Part shown: one piece after another, positions 1 to 26,010 of the stretch
How positions within the stretch are numbered: position 1 is the stretch's first letter
Layout of the letters: each line of letters begins with the position of its first letter
Assembly: GCA_002269645.1 (NCBI GenBank)
Contig: NIVC01001952.1
Span: forward strand, 124,001-188,000
DNA from: Macrostomum lignano
Lineage: Eukaryota
Length of the DNA: 64,000 nt
Direction: 5' to 3'
Translations under genes and position numbers: made by a program
Notes under the pieces: model-generated
What the model was told of the DNA's origin: nothing
Databases searched by the model: none
Seen by the model: the letters and a program-made list of their open reading frames with translations, nothing else

Positions 1-59
1 AATTGGATCTGTGATAATCTATTTAGATCGAGGTGAAATTGATGAGACTATATCGAAAG

Positions 60-470
60 TGAGAGGACATCTCTGAGACACTGGATACAGTGAGATGAGA
101 TCTCTGAGGCATTGGATAGAAAGTGAGATCTCTGAAACATGGGTCATGAGATACAGTGAGATGAGCTTGAGATCTCTGAGACATGGGTCATGAGATACAG
201 TGAGATGAGCTTGAGATCTCTGAGACACAGGAAGCAGTGGAGATCTCTGAGACACAGGAAGCAGTGGAGATCTCTGAGACACAGGAAGCAGTGGAGATCT
301 CTGAGACACAGGAAGCAGTGGAGATCTCTGAGACATGGGATACAGTGGAGATCTCTGAGACATGGGATACAGTGGAGATCTCTGAGACATGGGATACAGT
401 GGAGATCTCTGAGACATGGGATACAGTGAGATGAGATCTCTGAGACACGGGAAGCAGTGGAGCTCTCTGA
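60..470. repeat. Minisatellite, ~27-bp unit GAGATCTCTGAGACACAGGAAGCAGTG with a GAGACATGGGATACAGTG variant
   Basis: Direct tandem copies visible at 214-420, with degenerate copies on both flanks; explains ORFs 19..417, 188..484, 190..429 and 237..434. Confidence 0.9.
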
Positions 471-657
471 GAATCTATTGACAAGGACAGGAGAGCCCTC
501 TAATGGTCAATAGATGGTCTAATCTTGCTACTGATAGAAAAGCTACGGAGTCCTTCTGTACCCGTCATAAACTATTGCCAATTAGAACTTCATAACAGCT
601 CCACCAGCGGGAATTCGCCAAAACAGTATAACATTTGAGCATCCCTTGAGCAGTCAG

Positions 658-895
658 CCAATAGGAAGGCCCAGTCTGACCGCCTCATTGGCTGCCCCGG
701 CCGGCCCAGCGGCCCACCTCCGATCCCCCACTGATCGCCTGGCCTCCCCCCTCCGACCCACCACCCTGCCGGTCCCAAGGCCGCACCTGCTGCGCTCCCA
801 ACATTTTCCCAAGCCAATTTTTACTCCTCTCAGTCAGGCAGTCAGCGAGTCGCGAATTCCGCTCCCGCCACCCCCTGGCCCGCGGCCACCCCGCC
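658..895 (+). promoter_or_regulatory. Candidate promoter of the nuclear receptor gene (CCAAT boxes, GC box)
   Basis: CCAAT at 658-662, ATTGG at 687-691 and CCCCGCC at 889-895, in a GC-rich island 140-370 bp upstream of ATG 1033. Motif match only. Confidence 0.35.
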
Positions 896-1032
896 TCCGC
901 TAACAATTCTCCCATTTAAAAGGCTCAGTTTAGCCACCCTCTGGGGCTCCGCATCCAAGCATCCAAATTAGTAACTCCCTGCTATTAATACAGAAGTATT
1001 AATTAAACAATTAGTTGCCGTAAAATAAAACA

Positions 1033-9220
<8,188 letters not shown>

Positions 9221-9304
9221 CAGCCCAAAGAACGAGCGAGAGTTCGAGTACACATGCTATGAACATGTTACAGACATAAATATACATTTAATTTGCTAAC
9301 TTTA

Positions 9305-9995
9305 CGCCTGACACTTGACTGACTTTGCCTGACACTACCCTCTCTGACATCAAATGACACTCTCTGACATCGACTGACGCTACCCTCTCTGACATCGAAT
9401 GACACTCTCTGACATCGACTGACGCTACCCTCTCTGATATCAAATGACACTCTCTGACATCGACTGACGCTACCCTCTCTGACATCAAATGACACTCTCT
9501 GACATCGACTGACGCTACCCTCTCTGACATCGAATGACACTCTCTGACATCGACTGACGCTACCCTCTCTGACATCAAATGACACTCTCTGACATCGACT
9601 GACGCTACCCTCTCTGACATCAAATGACACTCTCTGACATCGACTGACGCTACCCTCTCTGACATCGACTGACACTACCCTCTCTGACATCGACTGGCAC
9701 TACCCTCTCTGACATCGACTGACGCTACCCTCTCTGACATCGACTGACGCTACCCTCTCTGACATCGACTGACGCTACCCTCTCTGACATCGACTGACGC
9801 TACCCTCTCTGACATAGACTGACACTACCCTCTCTGACATCGACTGACACTACTCTCTCTGACATCGACTGACAATACCCTCTCTGACATCGATTGACGC
9901 TACCCTCTCTGACATCGATTGACGCTACCCTCTCTGACATCGACTGACACGCTACCCTCTCTGACATCAAATGACACTTACTCTCTCTGACATCG
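9305..9995. repeat. Minisatellite of mixed ~21/24-bp units (CTCTCTGACATCGACTGACGCTACC / CTCTCTGACATCAAATGACA) 3' of the NR stop
   Basis: The two unit types alternate, then only the longer unit remains; explains ORFs 9268..9690 and 9288..9665. Confidence 0.95.
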
Positions 9996-10429
9996 ACTGT
10001 CACTATCCTTATCCCTGTCTTTTCACCGTTTCTGTTTCCCTTTATTTGCGGCATAACCTCTGCTTTCAACCTCTTAAATGTACTTTTTCATGCGATCTTC
10101 AAAAGTGTACTTGTCCGAACTGCGTGGATTCTACCTGTGACAATGTTCCTGTTTTAACTGGCAAAATGTCACTTATCTGTTGTTCCCATTGTACATTGAT
10201 ACTTTTCTATTACCTTAGAGTGTAATCAATACATTCATGTCTATAAAAATATGAAAAATACATTTACAAATATCCATCATACTGCTTAATCTTTTTTTGT
10301 TCATTAGACACATTAAATTTGTTTTCATTTGTGTTCGACTCAAGAGCTATTTATTATTTTAGGGTTAAAAAGCCAGAGGATATCCCAGCTGATGGGGAGT
10401 TCATGAAACTGAAAGCAGATATGGGAACA

Positions 10430-11872
10430 TATCCCCAGCTCATAGGGAATTAATGCAACCAAAGCAGTAATGGGATAATATCCTCAGCTCATAGGGAATT
10501 CGTGTATCCCAAAGCAGTCATGGGATAATATCCCCAGCTCAAAGGGAATTCGTGTATCCCAAAGCAGTCATGGGATAATATCCCCAGCTCAAAGGGAATT
10601 CGTGTATCCCAAAGCAGTCATAGGATAATATCCCCAGTTCATAGGGAATTAATGCAACCAAAGCAGTCATAGGATAATATCCCCAGTTCATAGGGAATTA
10701 ATGCAACCAAAGCAGTCATGGGATAATATCCCAAGCTCATAGGGAATTAATGCAACCAAAGCAGTCATGGGATAATATCCCCAGCTCATAGGGAATTAAT
10801 GCAACCAAAGCAGTCATGGGATAATATCCCCAGTTCATAGGGAATTAATGCAACCAAAGCAGTCATGGGATAATATCCCCAGCTCAAAGGGAATTCGTGT
10901 ATCCCAAAGCAGTCATGGGATAATATCCCCAGCTCAAAGGGAATTCGTGTATCCCAAAGCAGTCATAGGATAATATCCCCAGCTCAAAGGGAATTCGTGT
11001 ATCCCAAAGCAGTCATAGGATAATATCCCCAGCTCAAAGGGAATTCGTGTATCCCAAAGCAGTCATGGGATAATATCCCCAGCTCAAAGGGAATTCGTGT
11101 ATCCCAAAGCAGTCATGGGATAATATCCCCAGTTCATAGGGAATTAATGCAACCAAAGCAGTCATGGGATAATATCCCCAGTTCATAGGGAATTAATGCA
11201 ACCAAAGCAGTCATGGGATAATATCCCCAGTTCATAGGGAATTAATGCAACCAAAGCAGTCATGGGATAATATCTCAAGCTCATAGGGAATTAATGCAAC
11301 CAAAGCAGTCATGGGATAATATCCCCAGTTCATAGGGAATTAATGCAACCAAAGCAGTCATGGGATAATATCCTCAGCTCATAGGGAATTCGTGTATCCC
11401 AAAGCAGTCATGGGATAATATCCTCAGCTCATAGGGAATTCGTGTATCCCAAAGCAGTCATGGGATAATATCCTCAGCTCATAGGGAATTCGTGTATCCC
11501 AAAGCAGTCATGGGATAATATCCTCAGCTCATAGGGAATTCGTGTATCCCAAAGCAGTCATGGGATAATATCCTCAGCTCATAGGGAATTCGTGTATCCC
11601 AAAGCAGTCATGGGATAATATCCTCAGCTCATAGGGAATTCGTGTATCCCAAAGCAGTCATGGGATAATATCCTCAGCTCATAGGGAATTCGTGTATCCC
11701 AAAGCAGTCATAGGATAATATCCCCAGCTCAAAGGGAATTCGTGTATCTCAAAGCAGTAATGGGATAATATCCCCAGCTCATAGGGAATTCGTGTATCCC
11801 AAAGCAGTAATGGGATAATATCCCCAGCTCATAGGGTATTTGTGTATCCCAAAGCAGTCATGGGATAATATT
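10430..11872. repeat. 50-bp satellite GGGATAATATCCCCAGCTCATAGGGAATTCGTGTATCCCAAAGCAGTCAT (second variant with AATTAATGCAACC)
   Basis: Period 50 (CGTGTATCCC at 10501 and 10551); the two variants occur in blocks. Confidence 0.97.
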
Positions 11873-12589
11873 TTGCAGAAATTAAGAAGTTTTTAGCTTC
11901 TTGACAATTTTTGCAAACGAAACCAAATGCCAGCTACGCATCCCCAAGTGTTCTCCCAAACTTATCACAAGGATTCCCCATCCCTGCCCGGAGACACAAA
12001 GTTGCCGAAAGCTTTTTGGAGCTTCCGTTGCAAAACTAAAAACTCACTTTTCCTCTCAAGTTAGCGTCAAGAGGTCACCCATTGTCTCCCATTGTCAGGT
12101 GAGCTCAACCCCCAGCCTGGTCCACGCGACCTGTTTTGAGCAAGAGGATATTTAGTTGCTAAGTGGGGATATTGGCTCTTACTCTCTAGCCACGAGCCAC
12201 TTCTAATGCCTACGCTCGTAAGTGAGGTAGCCAATTTTCTACAAAAAATGAACCAGCTAGTGGATCAAAATTGTCCATTGACAGATAACATTTTAGCAAG
12301 TCATCTGTGCTAGAAATATCCAACTATAGTGTTTTAATAGAGAATATATCTCCAGGTAATTTGATCTGAATAACTTATAACTTTTATCAAGCTGCTTTCT
12401 AGCATTGCTATAATAACAACTGTCTGCTTTAGTGGCAATTGCTTCATTTCGCGTTGAATGCAATTAATGCAGTCCTAGGTTCAGAATCCTCATTAAGGTT
12501 GTGGGATCATAATCCTCATTTTAGTTATGTGATCATATTTTTCATTTCAGTCAGTTCAGCATAATCTTCATTTCAGTCATGGGATCATA

Positions 12590-13590
12590 ATCCTCATTCC
12601 AGTCATGGAGTCATAATCCTTATTTTAGTCGTGTGATGACAATCTTCATTCCAGTCATGGAGTCATAATCCTCATTTTAGTCGTGTGATGACAATCTTCA
12701 TTCCAGTCATGAAGTCATAATCCTCATTTTAGTCGTGTGATGACAATCTTCATTCCAGTCATGAACTCATAATCCTCATTTTAGGCGTGTGATGACAATC
12801 TTCATTCCAGTCATGAAGTCATAATCCTCATTTTAGGCGTGTGATGACAATCTTCATTCCAGTCATGAAGTCATAATCCTCATTTTAGGCGTGTGATGAC
12901 AATCTTCATTCCAGTCATGAAGTCATAATCCTCATTTTAGGCGTGTGATGACAATCTTCATTCCAGTCATGAAGTCATAATCCTCATTTTAGGCGTGTGA
13001 TGACAATCTTCATTCCAGTCATGAAGTCACAATCCTCATTTTAGGCGTGTGATGACAATCTTCATTCCAGTCATGAAGTCATAATCCTCATTTTAGGCGT
13101 GTGATGACAATCTTCATTCCAGTCATGAAGTCATAATCCTCATTTTAGGCGTATGATGACAATCTTCATTCCAGTCATGGGGTCATAATCCTCATTTTAG
13201 GCGTATGATGACAATCTTCATTCCAGTTTTGGGGTCATAATCCTCATTTTAGGCGTGTGATGACAATCTTCATTCCAGTCATGAAGTCATAATCCTCATT
13301 TTAGGCGTGTGATGACAATCTTCATTCCAGTCATGAAGTCATAATCCTCATTTTAGGCGTGTGATGACAATCTTCATTCCAGTCATGAAGTCATAATCCT
13401 CATTTTAGGCGTATGATGACAATCTTCATTCCAGTCATGAAGTCATAATCCTCATTTTAGGCGTGTGATGACAATCTTCATTCCAGTCATGAAGTCATAA
13501 TCCTCATTTTAGGCGTATGATGACAATCTTCATTCCAGTCATGGAGTCATAATCCTTATTTTAGTCGTGGGATCAAAATTTTAATTCCAG
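12590..13590. repeat. 52-bp satellite built from two diverged 26-bp monomers
   Basis: Period 52 (TTAGGCGT at 12781 and 12833); halves TCATAATCCTCATTTTAGGCGTGTGA and TGACAATCTTCATTCCAGTCATGAAG. Confidence 0.97.
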
Positions 13591-15554
13591 TCATAGCGTT
13601 ATAAGTTCATCGTTATGGACATAGATGAATTCATTTTGGACAAAGGATAAAACTTCTCATTTTTGGCGCATTCTTTCAGCAAGGGAGACCCGCCTGAGGC
13701 ATCATGAAGGTTCAGTTCCCATTAATGGCCAGCATCTCTGTTTGGCCACTGCCGGTGAGAACTTCCTATAGAAATTGAAATCATCTTCAAGACCTGCTTT
13801 ATGCAAAACAGGGCAAAGAATGTGTATACATGTGGTGGCGGGAGAAAAATGAAAGCTTATACAAACTGCTCATATAAAATTTTGAGTTGACAAGCCGCCC
13901 CATGTTTGCTCTCTCGGCTTACTCCCTCAGTTTATCATTGAACGGGGGCCATACTCCGGGGGGCCTCTCGAGAGGTGGTTAAACATCACACAGCTGCTGC
14001 AGGCGGCAAGCTCCACGTGTCCGCGCTGAGCGAGCAAACAACGCACAATCATGGAGGCCTAATATACATGCCCTTGCCTTAATTAGACTGCAAAGTCACA
14101 GCAGTCACACTTGCGCGGTAACAGTAGCTAAGACAGTGAGTGTGTTTGAGCTGTCCACTTCAAATGGTACACACACCGCATGCGCGCACACATAGAGGGC
14201 GCACGCTTGCCTGTGTCAAGAGACTTTCCTCTTCTTGGCTCTCTACCTCTTTATACAGACCGATGCGCTATTGCATCCTCTTCTTCTGCATGGCTTTTTC
14301 TGCTTCCGGGAGGCGGTTGCCGATGCGGCAAGCAGCCACACGCCAAACGCAATCATCTCAACAAACTAGCGTGTTTGCTGAGAGACACACACTGCGGCAA
14401 ATGCTGGATCCCGCTACTTCTTAATTCATTCATTCTTCTTTCTCTCTCCCAGGCCACTATGGGAAGCTGGGGAGAGCTGAAAGATGATGGGGTGACGATG
14501 AGAGATGATGAAGGTTGCAAGTTGACCGCTTAGGAAGTCGCTCTCATTGACTATGCAACAAGTGTCCCGGGTGGTTCTCCCCTCTCTTTCTCTCTTCCCC
14601 TCAATTATTATTATTATTATTTCTACTCGCTGCTCCGGCCCCCGTCTCGGCCTCTCTTCATGAAAACTTGATGCCCGGCGCTGCAGCAGGGGAGGGGGGG
14701 ACAGCAGCTTTCAAGTCGCTACAGGCCCATTTGGTCGCTGAGGTTCTTCATTAGCCAGTAAGCTGCAGGCCCGCGCTACAGCGGGTTGAAGTGGCTTTGG
14801 ATTTTGGAGGGGGCTGAGCTGATCTTCAGGCGGAGGAAGATGCGAGATGGACTGGCGGGATGGCGGGAGACCCCCCCCCCCTATTGTTCCGCTGTCTAAG
14901 ACGACCTGGCTGAAGCAGAGCCTGCAGCCACTCCAGGAGCAGCGGCAGCAGCAGCAAGAAACCGCTAGAAACAACTGTCTGCTCAGGGAAACAAAAGAGC
15001 GGAGAGGCAGCCGCAGCAGGCCTAATCGCCCCCGCTCTGCGGCTGCAGACCCCCCGCGGCTCGCTGACTTCTCCCCTTTTAGTCTGCCCAGTCCGCGGGG
15101 CGCACCGCAATGGGGGGGGTGGGGAACACAACACGCATGCGAAACTTTTTTGTCCGCGGAAAGAGAAGGCAGCAAAGACAGCGAAAGAAGAAGTGTCTTC
15201 TCTCCGCTGAGCCTGCAGAGCTGAATTTTTCATTCGTTTGGGGCTGTTGCTGCTGCAAGCTTGTCTCTCCCGCTGCCTTGAGCTGTTGAGACTCTTCATT
15301 AGCATGGGCAGGCCATGGGTACCGGCCGCAAGGGACACTTGAAGTCCCCCATCTGGCCTCTCTAATCAGCCTCAAGGCTGAGTTTACCTGAGTCCAAGTA
15401 AACCGTTGCTGTGAAAACAGAGCAGTTGTTTAATTCTGTACAGGGCAACTGCATAGGCCAATTTTTTGTCATGCGATTCTATTGAGTTCATAAAAATATT
15501 CTCGTAACTAAATAGATTGACTTTTAGCGCAAAAATTGGGATCAGTTTATATCA

Positions 15555-17180
15555 ATTTTGGCGCTAAAAATTATCGACTTCAATGCTCCAATTGATGTCA
15601 GCTTTGGCGCTGAACATGATCGAGTTCAATGCTCCAATTGATGTCAGCTTTGGCGCTGAACATGATCGAGTTCAATGCTCCAATTGATGTCAGCTTTGGC
15701 GCTGAACATGATCGAGTTCAATGCTCCAATTGATGTCAGCTTTGGCGCTGAACATGATCGAGTTCAATGCTCCAATTGATGTCAGTTTTGGCGCTGAACA
15801 TGATCGAGTTCAATGCTCCAATTGATGTCAGTTTTGGCGCTGAACATGATCGAATTCAATGCTCCAATTGATGTCAGTTTTGGCGCTGAACATGATCGAA
15901 TTCAATGCTCCAATTGATGTCAGTTTTGGCGCTGAACATGATCGAGTTCAATGCTTCAATTGATGTCAGTTTTGGCGCTGAACATGATCGAGTTCAATGC
16001 TCCAATTGATGTCAGTTTTGGCGCTGAACATGATCGAGTTCAATGCTCCAATTGATGTCAGTTTTGGCGCTGAACATGATCGAGTTCAATGCTCCAATTG
16101 ATGTCAGTTTTGGCGCTAAAATGATCGACTTCAATGCTCCAATTGATGTCAGTTTTGGCGCTAAAATGATCGACTTCAATGCTCCAATTGATGTCAGTTT
16201 TGGCGCTAAAATGATCGACTTCAATGCTCCAATTGATATCAGTTTTGGCGCTGAACATGATCGAGTTCAATACTCCAATTGATATCAGTTTTGGCGCTGA
16301 ACATGATCGAGTTCAATGCTCCAATTGATATCAGTTTTGGCGCTGAACATGATCGAGTTCAATACTCCAATTGATGTCAGTTTTGGCGCTGAACATGATC
16401 GAGTTCAATGCTCCAATTGATATCAGTTTTGGCGCTGAACATGATCGAGTTCAATGCTCCAATTGATATCAGTTTTGGCGCTGAACATGATCGAGTTCAA
16501 TACTCCAATTGATGTCAGTTTTGGCGCTGAACATGATCGAGTTCAATGCTCCAATTGATATCAGTTTTGGCGCTGAACATGATCGAGTTCAATACTCCAA
16601 TTGATATCAGTTTTGGCGCTGAACATGATCGAGTTCAATGCTCCAATTGATATCAGTTTTGGCGCTGAACATGATCGAGTTCAATACTCCAATTGATATC
16701 AGTTTTGGCGCTGAACATGATCGAGTTCAATGCTCCAATTGATATCAGTTTTGGCGCTGAACATGATCGAGTTCAATACTCCAATTGATGTCAGTTTTGG
16801 CGCTGAACATGATCGAGTTCAATGCTCCAATTGATATCAGTTTTGGCGCTGAACATGATCGAGTTCAATACTCCAATTGATATCAGTTTTGGCGCTGAAC
16901 ATGATCGAGTTCAATGCTCCAATTGATATCAGTTTTGGCGCTGAACATGATCGAGTTCAATGCTCCAATTGATATCAGTTTTGGCGCTGAACATGATCGA
17001 GTTCAATGCTCCAATTGATATCAGTTTTGGCGCTGAACATGATCGAGTTCAATGCTCCAATTGATATCAGTTTTGGCGCTGAACATGATCGAGTTCAATG
17101 CTCCAATTGATATCAGTTTTGGCGCTGAACATGATCGAGTTCAATACTCCAATTGATATCAGTTTTGGCGCTGAACATGA
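15555..17180. repeat. 46-bp satellite TTGGCGCTGAACATGATCGAGTTCAATGCTCCAATTGATGTCAGTT (a few 45-bp variants)
   Basis: About 35 tandem copies; period 46 (15603 and 15649). Confidence 0.98.
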
Positions 17181-17826
17181 GCTTGTAAGCGAGAACTTCG
17201 CCAGGCAACCAATGAGACCCACATGGGGCTCAGGCCCCACGTACGAGTGTATGGAATTGTAGCAAAGCTCCAATACACTAGCAGGTAATTTTTACACAAA
17301 TAGCCCCCGGACCTGTATGAGAACTGAGCCATCCCGCCCGCCTACTTGGAAGGTATCAAATATGAAACTCAAAAATCCTTACTAGCGATTCCCACTCCCT
17401 GCTCAGACCGCCCGGCCGCCTCCTCCCTCCGCAGGGATGTCGGTGTTTTGCTCGACAACAAGATGACTGAGGGGGGGCGGTCTGGAAATGAGGAGAAAAA
17501 ACCGCTGGGCTGGGGTTGGAGTGCTAAAATAAATAGTGATGTCGAAGGCCCTGATATCCTAGCATCCAGCATCTCCAATACTTGATGAAGCCCCTGCCGG
17601 TTGGTTCCCACCGCGCGCTCTGCTCAAGCTCCCCCCCACTTCCCTAACTTCATCGCTTCGCGGTCTCAAAGGGATTCTGAATTCTCCACCCGTCATCTGT
17701 CTCGGATTTCCCGCCGCCGCAGCCCAGAAGCCGGGCGGATGATGCTGGTGGCCTTTTAACTTTCAGCGGCTGGGCAGTTTGCTTTTAGAGAAAACAGCTG
17801 CCTCGGTAAGTAAAACAGTAAAACTG

Positions 17827-18085
17827 CTGACTGACTGACTGACTGACTGACTGACTGACTGACTGACTGACTGACTGACTGACTGACTGACTGACTGACT
17901 GACTGACTGACTGACTGACTGACTGACTGACTGACTGACTGACTGACTGACTGACTGACTGACTGACTGACTGACTGACTGACTGACTGACTGACTGACT
18001 GACTGACTGACTGACTGACTGACTGACTGACTGACTGACTGACTGACTGACTGACTGACTGACTGACTGACTGACTGACTGACTG
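17827..18085. repeat. (GACT)n microsatellite
   Basis: Perfect tetranucleotide run. Confidence 0.98.
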
Positions 18086-18465
18086 AGTTGATTAATTTTT
18101 GGTGTGAATGACTAACTATTCGCGAATATTGTGAATATATTGTGAATGTGAATATTGTGAATATTCGCGCTTATCTTACATGCATACTTGAATCGCATAA
18201 CAGACAGGTCAGAAACAGAAACAGACTAGCTACTGTCACCAGATAGCTCGTATGGGCACGAGTTTAAACTCAAAAGCACAGCTCATTGCAAGCAAGTTCC
18301 GAAGTTACAGCTACAGGCCTAACCTACTGAGTACAATTTTAACGCATTTTTCTCACGCAAATAGTAATTTACAATAATATCCGCAAAATACTACTACTAA
18401 ATAAAACAGAAGTAGTGTAGCGATAACATTTCTGAATCTGGCTCCAAGAAGCGAGCGAATCCGCT

Positions 18466-23425
<4,960 letters not shown>

Positions 23426-23984
23426 AGCAACTATTCTGGGGTTTGGGGAAAAAGTAAAAGAGGATGGAAGGGAAGGTGGCACCAGACAGGCTGGCCCTGT
23501 CGCTGGGAAAAGGGATCTGAGCACGATCCCGTTTTAAGGGGGAGGCGGGTTTATCTCTCCAAAGCAATGTCAGCCGCAGAGCCCCCCGGAAATGCCAGGC
23601 CTGCAGTCTCAACTGCGACCGAGAGGGCACCCGGAGATTGGATGGCTGGCCTCATCTCCCCGCGGCCGGCTCGGTCGCTAATTGGGGCGTCCCCGCGGAG
23701 TTTCCGTCGCCTGCAGCTGTCTGACTCGCGCTCCCCCGCCTGCCTCGGCGCCGCCATCAAGCCCGAAAAATAATCCCCTTTCACTCGCTCCGCAAGGCGT
23801 TTTCCCACCCTCAGGCCTCTTGCCCGCTCTCGGCTGTTCCCCCCGCGGCCATCCCCAGGGTCTTAGCGTCGGGTCTGTAAGCTAAGCTGCGGTTGGATTA
23901 GTGACCGATTTCCAAGAAACGATTGCTCAAGGATATTTTTCACTTAGGGGGACTGCGACTCTTCACGCACTGAGCTCATTGCGA

Positions 23985-24541
23985 AGTTTAGGGCTGGGTA
24001 AGTTTATGGTTTGGGAAGTTTAGGGTTTGGGAAGTTTAGGGTTTAGGAAGTTTAGGGTTTGGGAAGTTTAGAATTTGGGAAGTTTTGGGTTTGGGATGTT
24101 TAGGGTTTGGGAAGTTTAGGGTTTGGTAAGTTTAGGGTTTGGGAAGTTTAGGGTTTGGGAAGTTTAGGGTTAGAAAGTTTAGGGTTAGGAAGTTTAGAGT
24201 TGGGCGAAGTTTAGGGTTTGGCAAGTTTAGGGTTGGGAAGATTTGGGTTGGGGGAAGTTTAGGGTTGGGGAAGTTTAGGGTTGGGGAAGGTTAGGGTTGG
24301 GGAAGTTTAGGGTTGGTGAAGTTTAGGGTTTGGCAAGTTCAGGGTTGGGAAGATTTGGGTTGGGGGAAGTTTAGGGTTGGGGAAGTTTAGGGTTGGGGAA
24401 GGTTAGGGTTGGGGAAGTTTAGGGTTGGTGAAGTTTAGGGTTTGGCAAGTTCAGGGTTGGGAAGATTTGGGTTGGGAAGATTTGGGTTGGGGAAGTTTAG
24501 GGTTGGGGGAAGTTTAGGGTTGGGGAACTTTAGGGTTGGGG
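23985..24541. repeat. ~16-bp minisatellite GGGAAGTTTAGGGTTT containing TTAGGG/TTTAGGG
   Basis: Tandem copies; most units carry the telomeric hexamer. Confidence 0.93.
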
Positions 24542-25442
24542 AAACCTCTCTAGCTTTTGGACATATGAAGCGCAGCGTCCATGTACTACTAACCAATGAT
24601 CCTTGGTCTACCCAGTTTCCTATTCAAATATCTAGTTTTAGGCGTCCATAGTTCAGACTGCTGGCTTCTTGTCCTCTCCATTTCCTGCCAGAGATAGGGG
24701 GTGGGCTGGCACCACCCCAAGCTACAGACTCTTCCCCATCAGTGAGCCAGGCTGGCAGGCGAAATCAGATTAGGCCGAGGATCCCCATCGCGAGTTCCCA
24801 TGCCTCCTGTAGGTTTCGCCCGGGGATAACCAGAGGCGACAGTTCATGTCTGGCGCAGTCTCTCTGGACTGCTTTTTATTTAACCTTAATGCACACTTGC
24901 CGCCTGCTCATGCTTGCTCTCGGAGTCTGGGTACTGGACACGGCTCCTACATAAAGTGCCAAGCCACTCTCTTACAGTCAGCTGGGCAGGTAATCCTCGG
25001 GCCTTGTCTTTTCTTCCCTTTAATCCCTCTCAAAACAGGAAGTCTGGCGTTCACTAGCCTTCTAGCCTCATCCTGAGCCCTCACAAACCGAGCAAATTAA
25101 GCCGAGCATCCCGGTTTTCTGAGCTGGCTAATTCTGGTTCTCAAAGTCTTGGTCAGTTCCGGTCTCCCTGATTCAGCTTGCATCCGCAATTAGAAACCTT
25201 TTGAAGAATTTGCCTCATGCTGACAGTATGTCAGATGGCTAAGTACAAAGACGATTAATTCTCGGTCATTTTTGTACCTCTTGGACTTGTTTAGGCAGGC
25301 TACCACAGGCAGGCTTGTTCCCGCTATTCCACTCCGTGAGCATGCTGAATCGGGGGGGGGGGTCCAGTAGACGTTTGTGACGATAGGCCACACATTCTGC
25401 GATATGTTTACCGCTTTTCTGCATCTTTCTACGGTGGAGCCG

Positions 25443-26010
25443 CTCCTCCTCCTCCTCCTCCTCCTCCTCCTCCTCCTCCTCCTCCTCCTCCTCCTCCTCC
25501 TCCTCCTCCTCCTCCTCCTCCTCCTCCTCCTCCTCCTCCTCCTTCTCCTCCTCCTCCTTCTCCTCCTCTTCCTCCTTCTCCTCCCCTATTCCTTCTCCTT
25601 CTCCTCCCCTATTCCTTCTCCTCCTCTTCCTCCTTCTCCTCCCCCTATTCCTTCTCCTTCTCCTCCCCCTATTCCTTCTCCTCCTCTTCCTCCTTCTCCT
25701 CCCCCTATTCCTTCTCCTTCTCCTCCCCCTATTCCTTCTCCTCCTCTTCCTCCTTCTCCTCCCCCTATTCCTTCTCCTTCTCCTCCCCCTATTCCTTCTC
25801 CTCCTCTTCCTCCTTCTCCTCCCCCTATTCCTTCTCCTTCTCCTCCCCCTATTCCTTCTCCTCCTCTTCCTCCTTCTCCTCCCCCTATTCCTTCTCCTTC
25901 TCCTCCCCCTATTCCTTCTCCTCCTCTTCCTTCTTCTCCTCCCCCTATTCCTTCTCCTCCTCTTCCTCCTTCTCCTCCCCCTATTCCTTCTCCTCCTCCT
26001 TCTCCTTTTC
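25443..26010. repeat. (CCT)n microsatellite grading into a 60-bp higher-order repeat
   Basis: Pure CCT at 25443-25540; the 60-nt sequence lines starting 25621, 25681, 25741, 25801 and 25861 are identical. Confidence 0.96.

Noticed and set aside
10430-17180. Regular 46-52-bp arrays as possible CRISPR arrays
   Set aside because: Units are head-to-tail with no unique spacers, no cas genes are present, and the context is eukaryotic.
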